Positions 19,955 to 29,739 are shown, counted from the first letter of the stretch. The stretch is DNA of 64,000 nucleotides from an uncultured Anaerolineae bacterium (GCA_964390805.1 CAYMKL010000006.1:7895-71894); one strand, 5' to 3'. Numbers and translations are program-made. The notes: generated by a model not told the origin, from the sequence alone.

Positions 19955-22781
19955 GCTGCTTGACAGTCTCCTGGCTCAACCGGACACTGAGGCCAGGGTC
20001 GCTTTCCTACGCCAACGGGGGCAGTACGACACTGAGACGCTGGAAGCATTAGCCAAGGCTGGCGATGCTTTGGTGCGGGATGATCCCAGCCGTGGCACCC
20101 TGTTGGCAGAGGTTGTGGTCGAGCTGGCTGAGGCGCTGCCAGCTCCTTTAGCTGCTGCCCAGGCCCGTTACCTCCGCGCCCAGGCCCACGCCCTAGCTGG
20201 CGAGTGGACTCAAGCCCTGCCCCTCATTACTGCCGCTCGTGAGGGCTTCCTGGCTGCTGGCCGTCTGCAGGAGGCCATCCGTACCCGCGTGGGCGAGATG
20301 CACGCCCTCGCCGGCCTGGGCCGCTACCCAGAGGCACTGGCTGCTGGAGAGCGAGCCCTCGCTGAGACAGCAGATCCCTTTATAACCGCCCTAGTGGTTC
20401 AAAACCAAGGGCTGATCTACAATGTAATGGGACGCTACAGCGATGCCCTGGCCGCCTTCGACCGTGCTGCCGCCGGCTATGCCGCATTGGATCAAAGCGA
20501 GCGGCTCGGCCACGTCCACAACAACCGCGGCGTGACGCTCCTCAGTTTGGGCCGAGGGGACGAGACTGTCCAGGCCTTCCAGGAAGCAGAGGCCATCTTT
20601 GCTGCTAGGGGCCTAACCCTCCTCACCGCTCAAGCCCAGGCCAATCGCGGCGCAGCCCTATCGCTGATGGGCGACCATCGCACCGCGCTGGAAGCCTTCG
20701 AGACAGCACGGTGGACCTTTGAAGCACTGGAGCCAAGCGTCGAGCGTGGCACTTTGGACCTGGACACCGCCACCGCGTATCTGGCTCTCAATCTCTATCC
20801 GGAGGCACTGGCTACCTGCGACGAGGCATTGGCTAGCTTCCGTGCCGCCTCCATGCCATATGAGCAAGGCCAAGCTCTGGTCCGTCGGGCGGCGGCCCTG
20901 ACCGCCTTGGGGCAGCCAGCCGCAGCCGAAACAGCCCTGGCGGAGGCGGAAACCATCTTCCGCGAGCTGGGCAACGAACCCTGGCTGGCCATCGTCTGGC
21001 TGGAACAGGCCGCCCTTTGGGAGTCAATGGAGCGCGGCTATGAAGCCTTAACTGTTGCCCGGAAAACTCTGGCCCTCTGCGAACGCCTGGGCCAGGCTGT
21101 GCAAGGCACATACGCCCACCTGCGTCTGGCCGACCTGCTGGCCAAGCAGGACCACGAGACTGCACTGGCTCACTTGCAGAAAGCCCTGACCCAGGCCGAG
21201 AAGTTGGCCTTGCCCCAACTGCGCTATCGGGCCCACGCCCGACTGGGCCGGCTGTATCGGCTCCAGGAGCGAACTGACCAGGCCCTGTACCATCTAACGC
21301 AGGCAATAGAGGAAATCGAGCGCCTGCGGGCCACGCTGCCCCAAGAGACGCTGCGTACCGCCTTTCTGCGGGACAAACTGGCCCCTTACGAGAACCTGAT
21401 ACAGTTGTACCTGGCCATCGGTGATGAGAACGGATTGCGACAGGCCTTCGCCGTGGCCGAGCGAGCCCGGTCGAGAGCCCTATTGGACCTGCTGGCCGTT
21501 AGCATTGATGCCCGGCTCCAGGCCGCTGAAGCTGACGAGGCCCAGGCGACTTTGCGGCAGCAGCTGGAGGCAATGCGGGCCGACCTGGACCTGATTTACA
21601 ACGAGCTGTTGGCTGCCGATACCGAGACCGCAAAGGACGATCAGCGCGGCCCGCGCCTGGCCCGGCTCCGAGGTCAGGCGCACCAGCACGAGCAGGAGAT
21701 CACCCGCCTGCGCCTGCGCCTGGAGGCCGTTGGCCCTGGTTACCTCGACGTGGCTCGCCCGCTCTCGCTGGAAGCGATCCAGGCCACGCTGCCCCAACGG
21801 GCACGCCTGCTGGCTTACTACATCGTCGGCGACGAACTACTGGCCTTCGTCGTCAGCCCTCGTTCAGACATGAGGGTTTACCGTCGGCTGACCCCATCCA
21901 GCGAACTGGCGCCAGCCCTGGACCGGCTGGGGATGCAGTGGAATCGCTTTCGCCTCGGTGACGAGTACGTGGCCCGCCATCGGGCGGCCTTGGAGCAGAG
22001 CGCCCATGCTGCCCTGGCCGATCTCTACGACCAGTTGGTGCGTCCACTGGCCAATGACCTGGATGGCGAGCAACTGATCATCGTCCCCTATGGACCACTG
22101 CATGGGGTTCCCTTCCATGCCTTGTACGACGGCCAGAGCTATCTCATCGAGCGCTACGAGATTTCCTATGCTACCAGCGCCACCGTCATGGCGCGCTGCC
22201 AGGCCCGGCCGCATCAGCCGCTGGAACAGGCGCTAGTGGTCGGCGTCCCCGATGCCGGCATCCCTTACGTCGCCCAGGAGGCAGAGACCGTGGCAGCCCT
22301 GCTCCCCCAGGCGCAGCTTCTGCAGGGGAAAGAAGCTACCATACCTGCGCTGCGGGCCACGGCGCCGGGTCGGGATCTCCTTCACCTGGCCTGTCATGGG
22401 CTGTTCCGGACCGATAGCCCTCTTTTCTCCGCTCTACGGCTGGGGGACGGCTGGTTGACCGTGGCCGAGGCAGCCGAGTTGGAGCTGCAGGCCGGGTTGG
22501 TGACTCTCAGCGCTTGTGAATCCGGCCGCAGTCGGGTAGTAGAAGGCGATGAATTACTGGGATTGACGCGAGCCTTTCTGGGGAGTGGGGCAGCGTCGCT
22601 GATCGTCAGCCTGTGGCTGGTCAACGACGCCAGCACTGCCCGCCTGATGGAGGAATTCTATCGCTGTTTGCAGGCCGGTCAATCCAAAGCCGCGGCCCTC
22701 CGGGCCGCCCAACGGGCACTGCTGGCCACCAAGAGCCATCCTTATTACTGGGCCCCGTTCGTACTGGTGGGACAGAGTTGA
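19905..22781 (+). CDS. TPR-repeat protein with a C-terminal CHAT (caspase-like) protease domain
   Basis: About 600 aa of TPR-like helical repeats. The C-terminal CHAT motif has a His/Cys dyad (LHLACHGLF...LVTLSACESGRS). The 5' end overlaps the previous gene by 50 nt; the true start is uncertain (GTG or TTG). Confidence 0.8.
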   Translation: MKRGRSSLSALTSPLAKLLDSLLAQPDTEARVAFLRQRGQYDTETLEALAKAGDALVRDDPSRGTLLAEVVVELAEALPAPLAAAQARYLRAQAHALAGEWTQALPLITAAREGFLAAGRLQEAIRTRVGEMHALAGLGRYPEALAAGERALAETADPFITALVVQNQGLIYNVMGRYSDALAAFDRAAAGYAALDQSERLGHVHNNRGVTLLSLGRGDETVQAFQEAEAIFAARGLTLLTAQAQANRGAALSLMGDHRTALEAFETARWTFEALEPSVERGTLDLDTATAYLALNLYPEALATCDEALASFRAASMPYEQGQALVRRAAALTALGQPAAAETALAEAETIFRELGNEPWLAIVWLEQAALWESMERGYEALTVARKTLALCERLGQAVQGTYAHLRLADLLAKQDHETALAHLQKALTQAEKLALPQLRYRAHARLGRLYRLQERTDQALYHLTQAIEEIERLRATLPQETLRTAFLRDKLAPYENLIQLYLAIGDENGLRQAFAVAERARSRALLDLLAVSIDARLQAAEADEAQATLRQQLEAMRADLDLIYNELLAADTETAKDDQRGPRLARLRGQAHQHEQEITRLRLRLEAVGPGYLDVARPLSLEAIQATLPQRARLLAYYIVGDELLAFVVSPRSDMRVYRRLTPSSELAPALDRLGMQWNRFRLGDEYVARHRAALEQSAHAALADLYDQLVRPLANDLDGEQLIIVPYGPLHGVPFHALYDGQSYLIERYEISYATSATVMARCQARPHQPLEQALVVGVPDAGIPYVAQEAETVAALLPQAQLLQGKEATIPALRATAPGRDLLHLACHGLFRTDSPLFSALRLGDGWLTVAEAAELELQAGLVTLSACESGRSRVVEGDELLGLTRAFLGSGAASLIVSLWLVNDASTARLMEEFYRCLQAGQSKAAALRAAQRALLATKSHPYYWAPFVLVGQS

Positions 22782-22787
22782 GTTGAT

Positions 22788-24968
22788 GTGTGGGAGGTGA
22801 TGATCGTGTTTCAACGTAGTAAGTTACTGCAGGTGCTTGGTATTCTGCTGGCGCTGCTGGCGTTGCTGGGGACAGCTTCCTACGCTCAGGATGAGAACGA
22901 TGACAGCCCCAAGGACCTCAAATACGAGGCCATACGTGTCCTAGAAGGCCATATCGCGCCGGAGTATACTTCGCTTGACGATCCCATCAGGCAGGCCATT
23001 GAGCACATCAGGAAGAGTCTGGAGGACGAGCTTTGGGAGACCGATTGGAGCTTAACCAGCAAGGGCAAGGCGGTCTTCGACGAAGAGAAGGCGGCTGTTG
23101 AGATATTAATGAAGATTCGGGAGGCAGCCGATGCCGATCCCGTGATAACGAACAGCGCCCTGGCGGCCATCCGGTATCTAACTACAGCCGACCGGGCCCT
23201 GGCCTACACAGCCATCGAGCAGGCTATCGCGAGGGCCCAGGCAGCCGGCTGCTATGCCACAGACAGTTATGACAGCAAGTGCCAAAGGCTCTTGCACAGG
23301 ATTGCCCAGGCCCAGAGGGAAATGGCCAAGGCCGAGGAGGAGATGGCCAACGACAGGTATGACACGGCCATTGATCACTACAAGAAGGCCTGGCAACATG
23401 TCCAGTTTGATGAGCGTCACTTATATGGTTTTGTGAAGAGCATGCCCGATCCTGATCCTGACGGGCAGTTCATCGGCATCTGGGTAGTAGTAAGCAGCTC
23501 CGGCGTTGAAGCCACCTTTGTGGCCGAGGCCAGCACCGACTTTGAAGAGAATCACGGGCCGCTGGAAGTACGAGCCTATGTCAAGGTCACGTACTTCGTT
23601 CTAGATGGCATCAACTATGCTGACAAGATCGAGACCAAGAAGTACTACGTGTCGGACCAAGTGATAGCTCGCTTGAAACCCGAGGCGGACGTAGCAGGCA
23701 TCCATAGCGACTATAACGCATTGACTCTAGACCATCTGCTGGATCGGATCTACCTGCTAAGCCTGCAGCCCGGAACCAATGAGCGAGATACCGTGGACAC
23801 CATGCGCAACGACTCGCGTTTCGAATACGCCGAGCCCAACCTATTTGGAGAGATGCCGGAGGCCAACCCTTATCAGATCGGTGCGTGGGCCGGCTATGAT
23901 CCCGCGCCAGCCCTGGCTCAGTACGCCAACGAACACCTGGCCCTGCCCCTGGCCCGCGAATTGAGCACCGGCAGCGGCGTGGTCGTGGCCGTGTTGGATA
24001 CCGGCGTCCAACTGAACCATCCCACCCTGTCGCCACATCTGGTCACCGGCTACGACTTCGTGGACGACGACATCGTACCAGCCGATGAAGGGAATGGCCT
24101 CGACGATGACAGCGATGACCTGATTGACGAGGCCGTTGGACACGGTACCCACGTATCTGGCATCGTCCTCCTGGTGACCTCCGAGAGCCAGATCATGCCC
24201 CTGAGGGTTCTGAATAGCGACGGGATAGGAAATGTTTTCCAACTAGCCGAGGCCATAATCTACGCCGCCGACCATGGCGCCAAAGTGATCAACATGAGCC
24301 TGGGAACTAACCTTCAATCCGGCGTGCTGGCGGAAGCGGTTAACTATGCCCGTGCGGCAGGGGTGATGGTCGTGGCTGCAGCCGGCAACCTGAATAGCAC
24401 CGAACCTCAGTACCCTGCCGGCGACGAAGGGGTGATTGCCGTAGCTGCCCTGGACGAGGAGCGGCTGAAGACCAGTTTCTCCAATTATGGATCATGGGTT
24501 GACCTGTCCGCGCCGGGAGAGAGCATCTACAGCACCTACCCGATTGATGGTTATGGCTGGTGGAGCGGCACCTCGATGGCCACGCCCTTTGTCAGTGGAC
24601 AGATCGCCCTGCTGCGCTCGCTGGCTCCCTGGCTGACCCTGGCCCAAATCGAAGGGCAGTTAGCGTCCAAGGTCCACGGGTTGGATGAACTCAACCCGGA
24701 CTACGCTGGACAACTTGGGTCTGGCGAGCCGGACGTGGCCGCCAGCCTGGGCTGCCACTGGGCGGATGTACAGCCAGACGCCACCCACGACTTGCTGAAC
24801 AACACCTGCGACGACGACGTGGACATCGCTGACGTGATGGCCGTGGCAGCCCAGTGGGGCCAACCACAGCCACCGGGCAGTGTCTACGACAACGATCACG
24901 ATGGGGACATAGATATCGTGGATATCCAACAAGTGGCCAACCGTTGGGGCTGGAGACGCCAGCCGTAG
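22788..24968 (+). CDS. Secreted subtilisin-like serine protease (peptidase S8) with a C-terminal dockerin
   Basis: Signal peptide. Catalytic triad motifs VAVLDTGV, GHGTHVSG and GTSMATPFVSG. C-terminal dockerin repeats DDDVDIADVMAVAAQW and DHDGDIDIVDIQQVANRW. Confidence 0.85.
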   Translation: MWEVMIVFQRSKLLQVLGILLALLALLGTASYAQDENDDSPKDLKYEAIRVLEGHIAPEYTSLDDPIRQAIEHIRKSLEDELWETDWSLTSKGKAVFDEEKAAVEILMKIREAADADPVITNSALAAIRYLTTADRALAYTAIEQAIARAQAAGCYATDSYDSKCQRLLHRIAQAQREMAKAEEEMANDRYDTAIDHYKKAWQHVQFDERHLYGFVKSMPDPDPDGQFIGIWVVVSSSGVEATFVAEASTDFEENHGPLEVRAYVKVTYFVLDGINYADKIETKKYYVSDQVIARLKPEADVAGIHSDYNALTLDHLLDRIYLLSLQPGTNERDTVDTMRNDSRFEYAEPNLFGEMPEANPYQIGAWAGYDPAPALAQYANEHLALPLARELSTGSGVVVAVLDTGVQLNHPTLSPHLVTGYDFVDDDIVPADEGNGLDDDSDDLIDEAVGHGTHVSGIVLLVTSESQIMPLRVLNSDGIGNVFQLAEAIIYAADHGAKVINMSLGTNLQSGVLAEAVNYARAAGVMVVAAAGNLNSTEPQYPAGDEGVIAVAALDEERLKTSFSNYGSWVDLSAPGESIYSTYPIDGYGWWSGTSMATPFVSGQIALLRSLAPWLTLAQIEGQLASKVHGLDELNPDYAGQLGSGEPDVAASLGCHWADVQPDATHDLLNNTCDDDVDIADVMAVAAQWGQPQPPGSVYDNDHDGDIDIVDIQQVANRWGWRRQP

Positions 24969-25145
24969 CTTGATTAGAGCCGGCGAGATGCCCCGTCTTC
25001 ACTAGGACGCTGGAGAGAGATGCCGTACCAGTTGGTTAGACCCATCACGATAGAGAGGCAGGTTCCCATAACAGCGACATATCGGACGTAGGCCGCAATC
25101 GCCCAATAGTGGGAGACCTATGTCCAGCACCGGTCACTCCCAAAT

Positions 25146-25186
25146 AAAGCCGCCGACTGAGCGCAACAGTCGGCGGCTTTGTTTTG
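25146..25186 (+). terminator. Rho-independent terminator hairpin of the GCCGCCGAC family
   Basis: aaagccgccgactgagcgcaacagtcggcggctttgttttg lies after the S8 protease gene. It is nearly the reverse complement of the 15046 hairpin. Confidence 0.65.
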
Positions 25187-25262
25187 ACCCTTGCTCACTT
25201 CAATTGGAATTGTGCTCTGAGGCAAGCCCCTGGGCGATGACTACCTACACACCCACTACACC

Positions 25263-26060
25263 GTGGACGGTCACAAAGTCACTGACGACTGGCCCAACTT
25301 CCAACTGGACGGCTTCGGAACCTGGCTGTGGTCCCTGGCCGAACACCTCCGCCTGACAGCCGACCCACTCCCCTCCCACTGGCAGCAAGCCGCCCACCTC
25401 AGCGGCTCGTATCTGGCTGCCCTCTGGCGTTTCCCCTGCTTCGACCTCTGGGAAGAGCATCCGGACAAGATCCACCCCTACACCCTGGCGGCCATCTACG
25501 CGGGCCTGCGGGCCATCGGTGAGCTGACCGGCAACGCGGGCTGGCTTGCCATTGCCGTCGAGATCCGCCGCTTCGTGCTGGAGCACGGCGTGCAGGGCAG
25601 CCATCTAGTGAAATATGTGGGAAGCGAGGCTGTTGACGCCAGCCTGGTGGGCGTTGCCACCCCCTACCGCCTGCTGGCGCCGGATGATCCAATCATGCAC
25701 ACCACCGTAGCCAGGATCGAGGGCGACCTGCGCCATCAAGCTGGAGGGCTGCACCGCTACGCCGATGACACCTACTACGGCGGCGGTGAATGGGTGTTGC
25801 TGGCCACCTGGCTGGGCTGGTATTATGTCGAGATTGGAGAACAAGCCAGGGCGCGAGAGTTGCTGGCCTGGGTGGAAGCCCAGGCTGACGGGGAGGACAA
25901 CCTCCCAGAACAGATCCCTCAGACCCTCAATGACCCATCCATGCTTCAGCCCTGGGTCGAGAAGTGGGGCCCCATCGCCCGCCCCCTGCTCTGGTCCCAC
26001 GCCATGTACGTCATCCTCCTACATGCTCTTCATCTAGCACCCAAAAGAAAGGGAACCTGA
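25263..26060 (+). pseudogene. Truncated duplicate of the GH15 gene, lacking the 5' third
   Basis: Its 265-aa ORF is nearly identical to residues 120-360 of the GH15 at 13940-15019. There is no upstream catalytic N-terminal region and no RBS. Confidence 0.7.
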
Positions 26061-26110
26061 GAAGGAAAAAGCCGCCGATGAGTGCAAGAGTCGGCGGCTT
26101 GGTTTTGTTT
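25287..26110 (+). repeat. Copy 2 of the ~0.83 kb direct duplication (GH15 3' portion plus terminator)
   Basis: See copy 1 at 14252-15090. Confidence 0.85.
26066..26110 (+). terminator. Rho-independent terminator hairpin of the GCCGCCGAC family
   Basis: gaaggaaaaagccgccgatgagtgcaagagtcggcggcttggttttg. The upstream flank is the same as at the 15046 copy. Confidence 0.6.
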
Positions 26111-26126
26111 CTCGTTCACCACGAAA

Positions 26127-27323
26127 TCATCGCATGCACCAAGAGGAGATGTTAACTGCCCCCTCACAGAACACAACCTGGCTGGTGGTGGTTGAGTCAT
26201 CGGCCACAGAGATAATATCAAAGACCTGACACGGCTCGCTGCTACCAGTGGCAAACTGCCTGACCTCGGCCCGCTTGCCCTTGAAATAGACAGTGTTGCC
26301 AATGAGACTGACGGAGTGCCCTCCCGTCCCTTCTATCCGGACCCGCCCCCCAAGGCCATAAACGATTCCTTTCCACGTAGCGTCCTTACCATCACATTCT
26401 ATGACGTCCCTATTGCATTTGGGGGGTATGCCAGTTTGCTTATAGGAAAAGAGCAGAACGTTATCACTGGAATAAGGAGACAGATACGCACCATCACTAC
26501 GCACATCAATCATCCCCTGCTCAGCTACGATGGTCACCGTTCCCGTCAGGGCGGAATGTGGTAGTTTAACATCCCCACTCTCCACATAGTAGAGACCGCT
26601 AGGAATATGCCCATTGACAACACCAAATTCGTCCAAGCAATCCGAAGGGGGGCACCACTCGATGTGATAGTACTTCCCTTCCTGTTGAGCGCGACTGGCC
26701 ATCTCTCCACCTGGCCGGTAATCCTCGATACGGATCTCTATGGGAGGCTGTGGCGCAACCGACACTCTGCGCGGGTTATCTCCAGATGGGTTGAATCTCA
26801 TGTTCACTGGAAGATCATATGTGGTGACGTATTCCAATGTCCCCGTTATCTCGGCAGTATCTGCCTTGATCTTTATGTCAGTATTGGTATGAACATCACC
26901 CACGAGGCTCACGTCGGTGACATCAATGTCAATGCCCCACGTGGTGCAATCAGGGCTATTGGCCCAGATGACATAGCCATTGCCAGTACCGCCTTCGCCG
27001 AATACTGGTCCACGGCTAGTTATAGTCACGCTAATGGGCCAGATGCCATTGACTGAAGTGGGGACGGTGATGACTGTGGTAACCCCAGTGGTGATCATAC
27101 TCGAATAGAAACTGGGGTTATGGAGCAACTGCCCGATGGCATACTCCACCCCGGCATCTGATGCATACTGTTCCTTCATGGCCTCTTCGATGCCGCGTGT
27201 GGCGCGGAGGTTGACAGTGAGGTGGGAGAGGAAAGGAGGAATAAGGAGGCTGCTCACAGCCAGAACCATGAGGGCCAGAACAAGAACCCGTCCCTCTTGG
27301 CCAGAGGCTCTTGGATTCGACAT
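26127..27323 (-). CDS. PilX-like type IV pilus minor pilin/assembly protein with a long C-terminal extension
   Basis: The N-terminal hydrophobic segment is followed by a PilX-N-like stretch (LRATRGIEEAMKEQYASDAGVEYAIGQLL). It is the last gene of the pilV-pilW-pilX-like operon. Confidence 0.5.
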   Translation of the reverse strand: MSNPRASGQEGRVLVLALMVLAVSSLLIPPFLSHLTVNLRATRGIEEAMKEQYASDAGVEYAIGQLLHNPSFYSSMITTGVTTVITVPTSVNGIWPISVTITSRGPVFGEGGTGNGYVIWANSPDCTTWGIDIDVTDVSLVGDVHTNTDIKIKADTAEITGTLEYVTTYDLPVNMRFNPSGDNPRRVSVAPQPPIEIRIEDYRPGGEMASRAQQEGKYYHIEWCPPSDCLDEFGVVNGHIPSGLYYVESGDVKLPHSALTGTVTIVAEQGMIDVRSDGAYLSPYSSDNVLLFSYKQTGIPPKCNRDVIECDGKDATWKGIVYGLGGRVRIEGTGGHSVSLIGNTVYFKGKRAEVRQFATGSSEPCQVFDIISVADDSTTTSQVVFCEGAVNISSWCMR

Positions 27324-27345
27324 ATACGGTCCGTCCCCTCCCTGC

Positions 27346-27807
27346 CTACCCGGTAGGCCGCATGTCGAGGCGCAATGGAGCGTTCCCTTTGACATCGCCC
27401 GCCTGTGAGGTAATGGTGATCAGGACACAGGAACTCACCGGGCTTGTGAAGTCCACAGAGATTACGTGTCTGGCCACTGTAAGCGTTGACCCATTGGAAT
27501 GAGAGCGAACGAGATCAGGTGAAGCCAAGGTGTAGGTTATGGTATGCGAGCTGTTGTTCACAAGATCAGGGCAGGTTAGTACCATCCGCGTGCCGCTGAT
27601 GGCCGCAGGGGGCGAAGCGCATAGAACATCACGGTTTAGCCAGATGGCAGCGTTCTGCAGGTCGTGTTGCACACGCAGTTGATTGTTGCCCCTGGCGCTC
27701 ATATCCCCGACCTGGTACATCACCGTGCTGAGCATTCCGACCATCAGCCCGGTGATAGCGAGAGTTACCAAAAGCTCGACTATGGTCCTTCCCCTTTGGT
27801 CCCCCAT
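27346..27807 (-). CDS. Prepilin-type N-terminal cleavage/methylation domain protein (PilW-like minor pilin)
   Basis: Class III signal: G|RTIVELLVTLAITGLMVG with Glu at +5. Confidence 0.6.
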   Translation of the reverse strand: MGDQRGRTIVELLVTLAITGLMVGMLSTVMYQVGDMSARGNNQLRVQHDLQNAAIWLNRDVLCASPPAAISGTRMVLTCPDLVNNSSHTITYTLASPDLVRSHSNGSTLTVARHVISVDFTSPVSSCVLITITSQAGDVKGNAPLRLDMRPTG

Positions 27808-28175
27808 TATCGGTCTACCTTATACTCTTGAATCGTGAACATGGGCTTGTCATGGTGAAACACTGTGACGGTTATGAGCTGGACGCCGGTATAGACGGTT
27901 GTCGCAGAAATCCGAGCAGTATGTCCTGTGGATGAGGAAATGGTTGGGGTGTAGAAATCCGTGTCATCAATGAAAGCAGTTTCTTTCATATACTCCAGTT
28001 GGGAGCGGGCCATGTTCTCTGCACCCACTCGCTGGCGAGCCAGGCACGTCGCCAGGCTGCCTGTGGAAAAGGCTGAAACGAAGGCAGTCAGCGCAACGGC
28101 CAGGATGCTAACCGCACACAGCACCTCGACCAGGCTTGTCCCCCTCTGACCCGCAGGAACAGCTAACTTCACCAC
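27807..28175 (-). CDS. Prepilin-type minor pilin (PilV-like)
   Basis: Contains GTSLVEVLCAVSILAVAL, the prepilin motif. Its stop overlaps the next start (ATGA). Confidence 0.6.
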   Translation of the reverse strand: MVKLAVPAGQRGTSLVEVLCAVSILAVALTAFVSAFSTGSLATCLARQRVGAENMARSQLEYMKETAFIDDTDFYTPTISSSTGHTARISATTVYTGVQLITVTVFHHDKPMFTIQEYKVDR

Positions 28176-28330
28176 TCACCTCTCTTGTGCACAATGGTAT
28201 CGCTTTTGCTTCGGGAAAACCTTAGATGCAATAGCTTTCTACTTCTGACGCGCTAATTCACTTGTTTCCACATTGTTTTGAGATTATTATAGCATAACGT
28301 GCTCATTTTGACAAGTTCTGGTGACACCAA

Positions 28331-28368
28331 AAAAGCCACCCTTGTCAACTGCATAGGTGGCTTCTTGA
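28331..28368 (-). terminator. Rho-independent terminator downstream of the rlmI-like gene
   Basis: The minus strand reads CAAGAAGCCACCTATGCAGTTGACAAGGGTGGCTTTTTT: a GC stem followed by a U-run, 40 nt after the stop at 28408. Confidence 0.6.
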
Positions 28369-28407
28369 ACGTCTGTTAGGCCAGGCTGCTATCACCCAGT
28401 TACGTGT

Positions 28408-29595
28408 TCAGATCGCGCGACACACAAACCCCTTCAAGTACTCCGACTCAGGAAACGTGAGCAGGATGGCGTGATCGGAGGCCTGAGAGAGCTTCTCAAT
28501 GATCTGCACGTCGCGACCGGCGTCAACGCTGGCTCCGAAGAGCACTTTCTGGAAGAGGTCGGGACTCACCAAACCGGAGCAGGAGAAGGTGAAGAGGATG
28601 CCGCCGGGGGCGATGAGGTGCATAGCCAGGAGGTTGATGTCCTTGTAGCCCCGGCAGGCCGATTCCACCTGATGCTGAGAGTAGGCGAATTTCGGCGGGT
28701 CAAGGATGATCAGGTCAAAGGTCCGCCCCTGAGCGCGGTACTCCCGCATCACTTGAAACACGTCCCCTTCCACGTACTCATCATGGCGATCAGCGTAGCC
28801 ATTGAGAGCCATATTGCGCCGGGCCAACTCCAGGGCCTCGGCCGAGGACTCGACGTTGGTGATGAGCCCGGCTCCGGCTGCGGCAGCGTAGACGGCGAAA
28901 GCCCCGGTGTAGGCGAAGCAGTTGAGCACTTCCTTACCTGGACAGTACTTGGTTAGCTTTTGACGGTTCTCCCGCTGATCGAGATAGAAGCCGGTTTTGT
29001 GCCCCGTCTTTATGTCCACCAAGAAGCAGTGACCGTTCTCCGTTATCTCCAATAGGTCGGGCGGCTCCTCCCCATGCAGAAGGCCGCTGACTCGAGCCAA
29101 TCCCTCCTTCTTCCGCACCTCCACGTCGCTCCGCTCGTAGATGCCTCTGGGCTTCAACAGATCAGCCACCAAGCCGACCAACTCAGCCTTCCAACGCTCG
29201 ATCCCCAGCGTCAGAAACTGAACCACCAGATAGTCACTGTAGCGGTCGAGAATCAGGCCGGGCAAGAGGTCGGATTCGGCGTTGACCAGGCGGTAGGCGT
29301 CGGTGAACGGATCATCGGCCAGGGCCTGCCGGCTGGCGAAAGCCCGCTCCAGCCGTCGCCGCCAGAAGTCCCCTCCGATGACTTCGCCCTCGTCCCAGGT
29401 GAGGAGGCGCACCGTTATCTGAGAGCGGCGGTTCAGGTAACCCCGGGCCAGGAAGCGCCCCCGGTAGTCAGATACCTCCACCACCTCCCCGTCGGCGACC
29501 TCTCCTTCGATGCGTTTGATGGCTCCGGAGAAGATCCAGGGATGTCGGTTCAGGACCGGCTTCTCACGGCCTCGTTTCAAGACAACTCGTGCCAT
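28408..29595 (-). CDS. rlmI: PUA-domain SAM-dependent 23S rRNA m5C methyltransferase (RlmI/YccW family)
   Basis: N-terminal PUA-like region (ARVVLKRGREKPVLNRHPWIFSGAI). C-terminal class I MTase (FAYTGAFAVYAAAAGA...DLIILDPPKFA). Confidence 0.65.
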   Translation of the reverse strand: MARVVLKRGREKPVLNRHPWIFSGAIKRIEGEVADGEVVEVSDYRGRFLARGYLNRRSQITVRLLTWDEGEVIGGDFWRRRLERAFASRQALADDPFTDAYRLVNAESDLLPGLILDRYSDYLVVQFLTLGIERWKAELVGLVADLLKPRGIYERSDVEVRKKEGLARVSGLLHGEEPPDLLEITENGHCFLVDIKTGHKTGFYLDQRENRQKLTKYCPGKEVLNCFAYTGAFAVYAAAAGAGLITNVESSAEALELARRNMALNGYADRHDEYVEGDVFQVMREYRAQGRTFDLIILDPPKFAYSQHQVESACRGYKDINLLAMHLIAPGGILFTFSCSGLVSPDLFQKVLFGASVDAGRDVQIIEKLSQASDHAILLTFPESEYLKGFVCRAI

Positions 29596-29739
29596 GTCAC
29601 TCCTCAAATTGCTCTAGCTGGATCTGGCGATCCAGCCATTGAGCGACGGATTTGGCAATCCGTCGCGAGCCGAAGTGTCACTCTTGCCAAGCCGGTTAAA
29701 GGATGATACAATTGATGGCAGCGAAAGGAAAGACAATCC

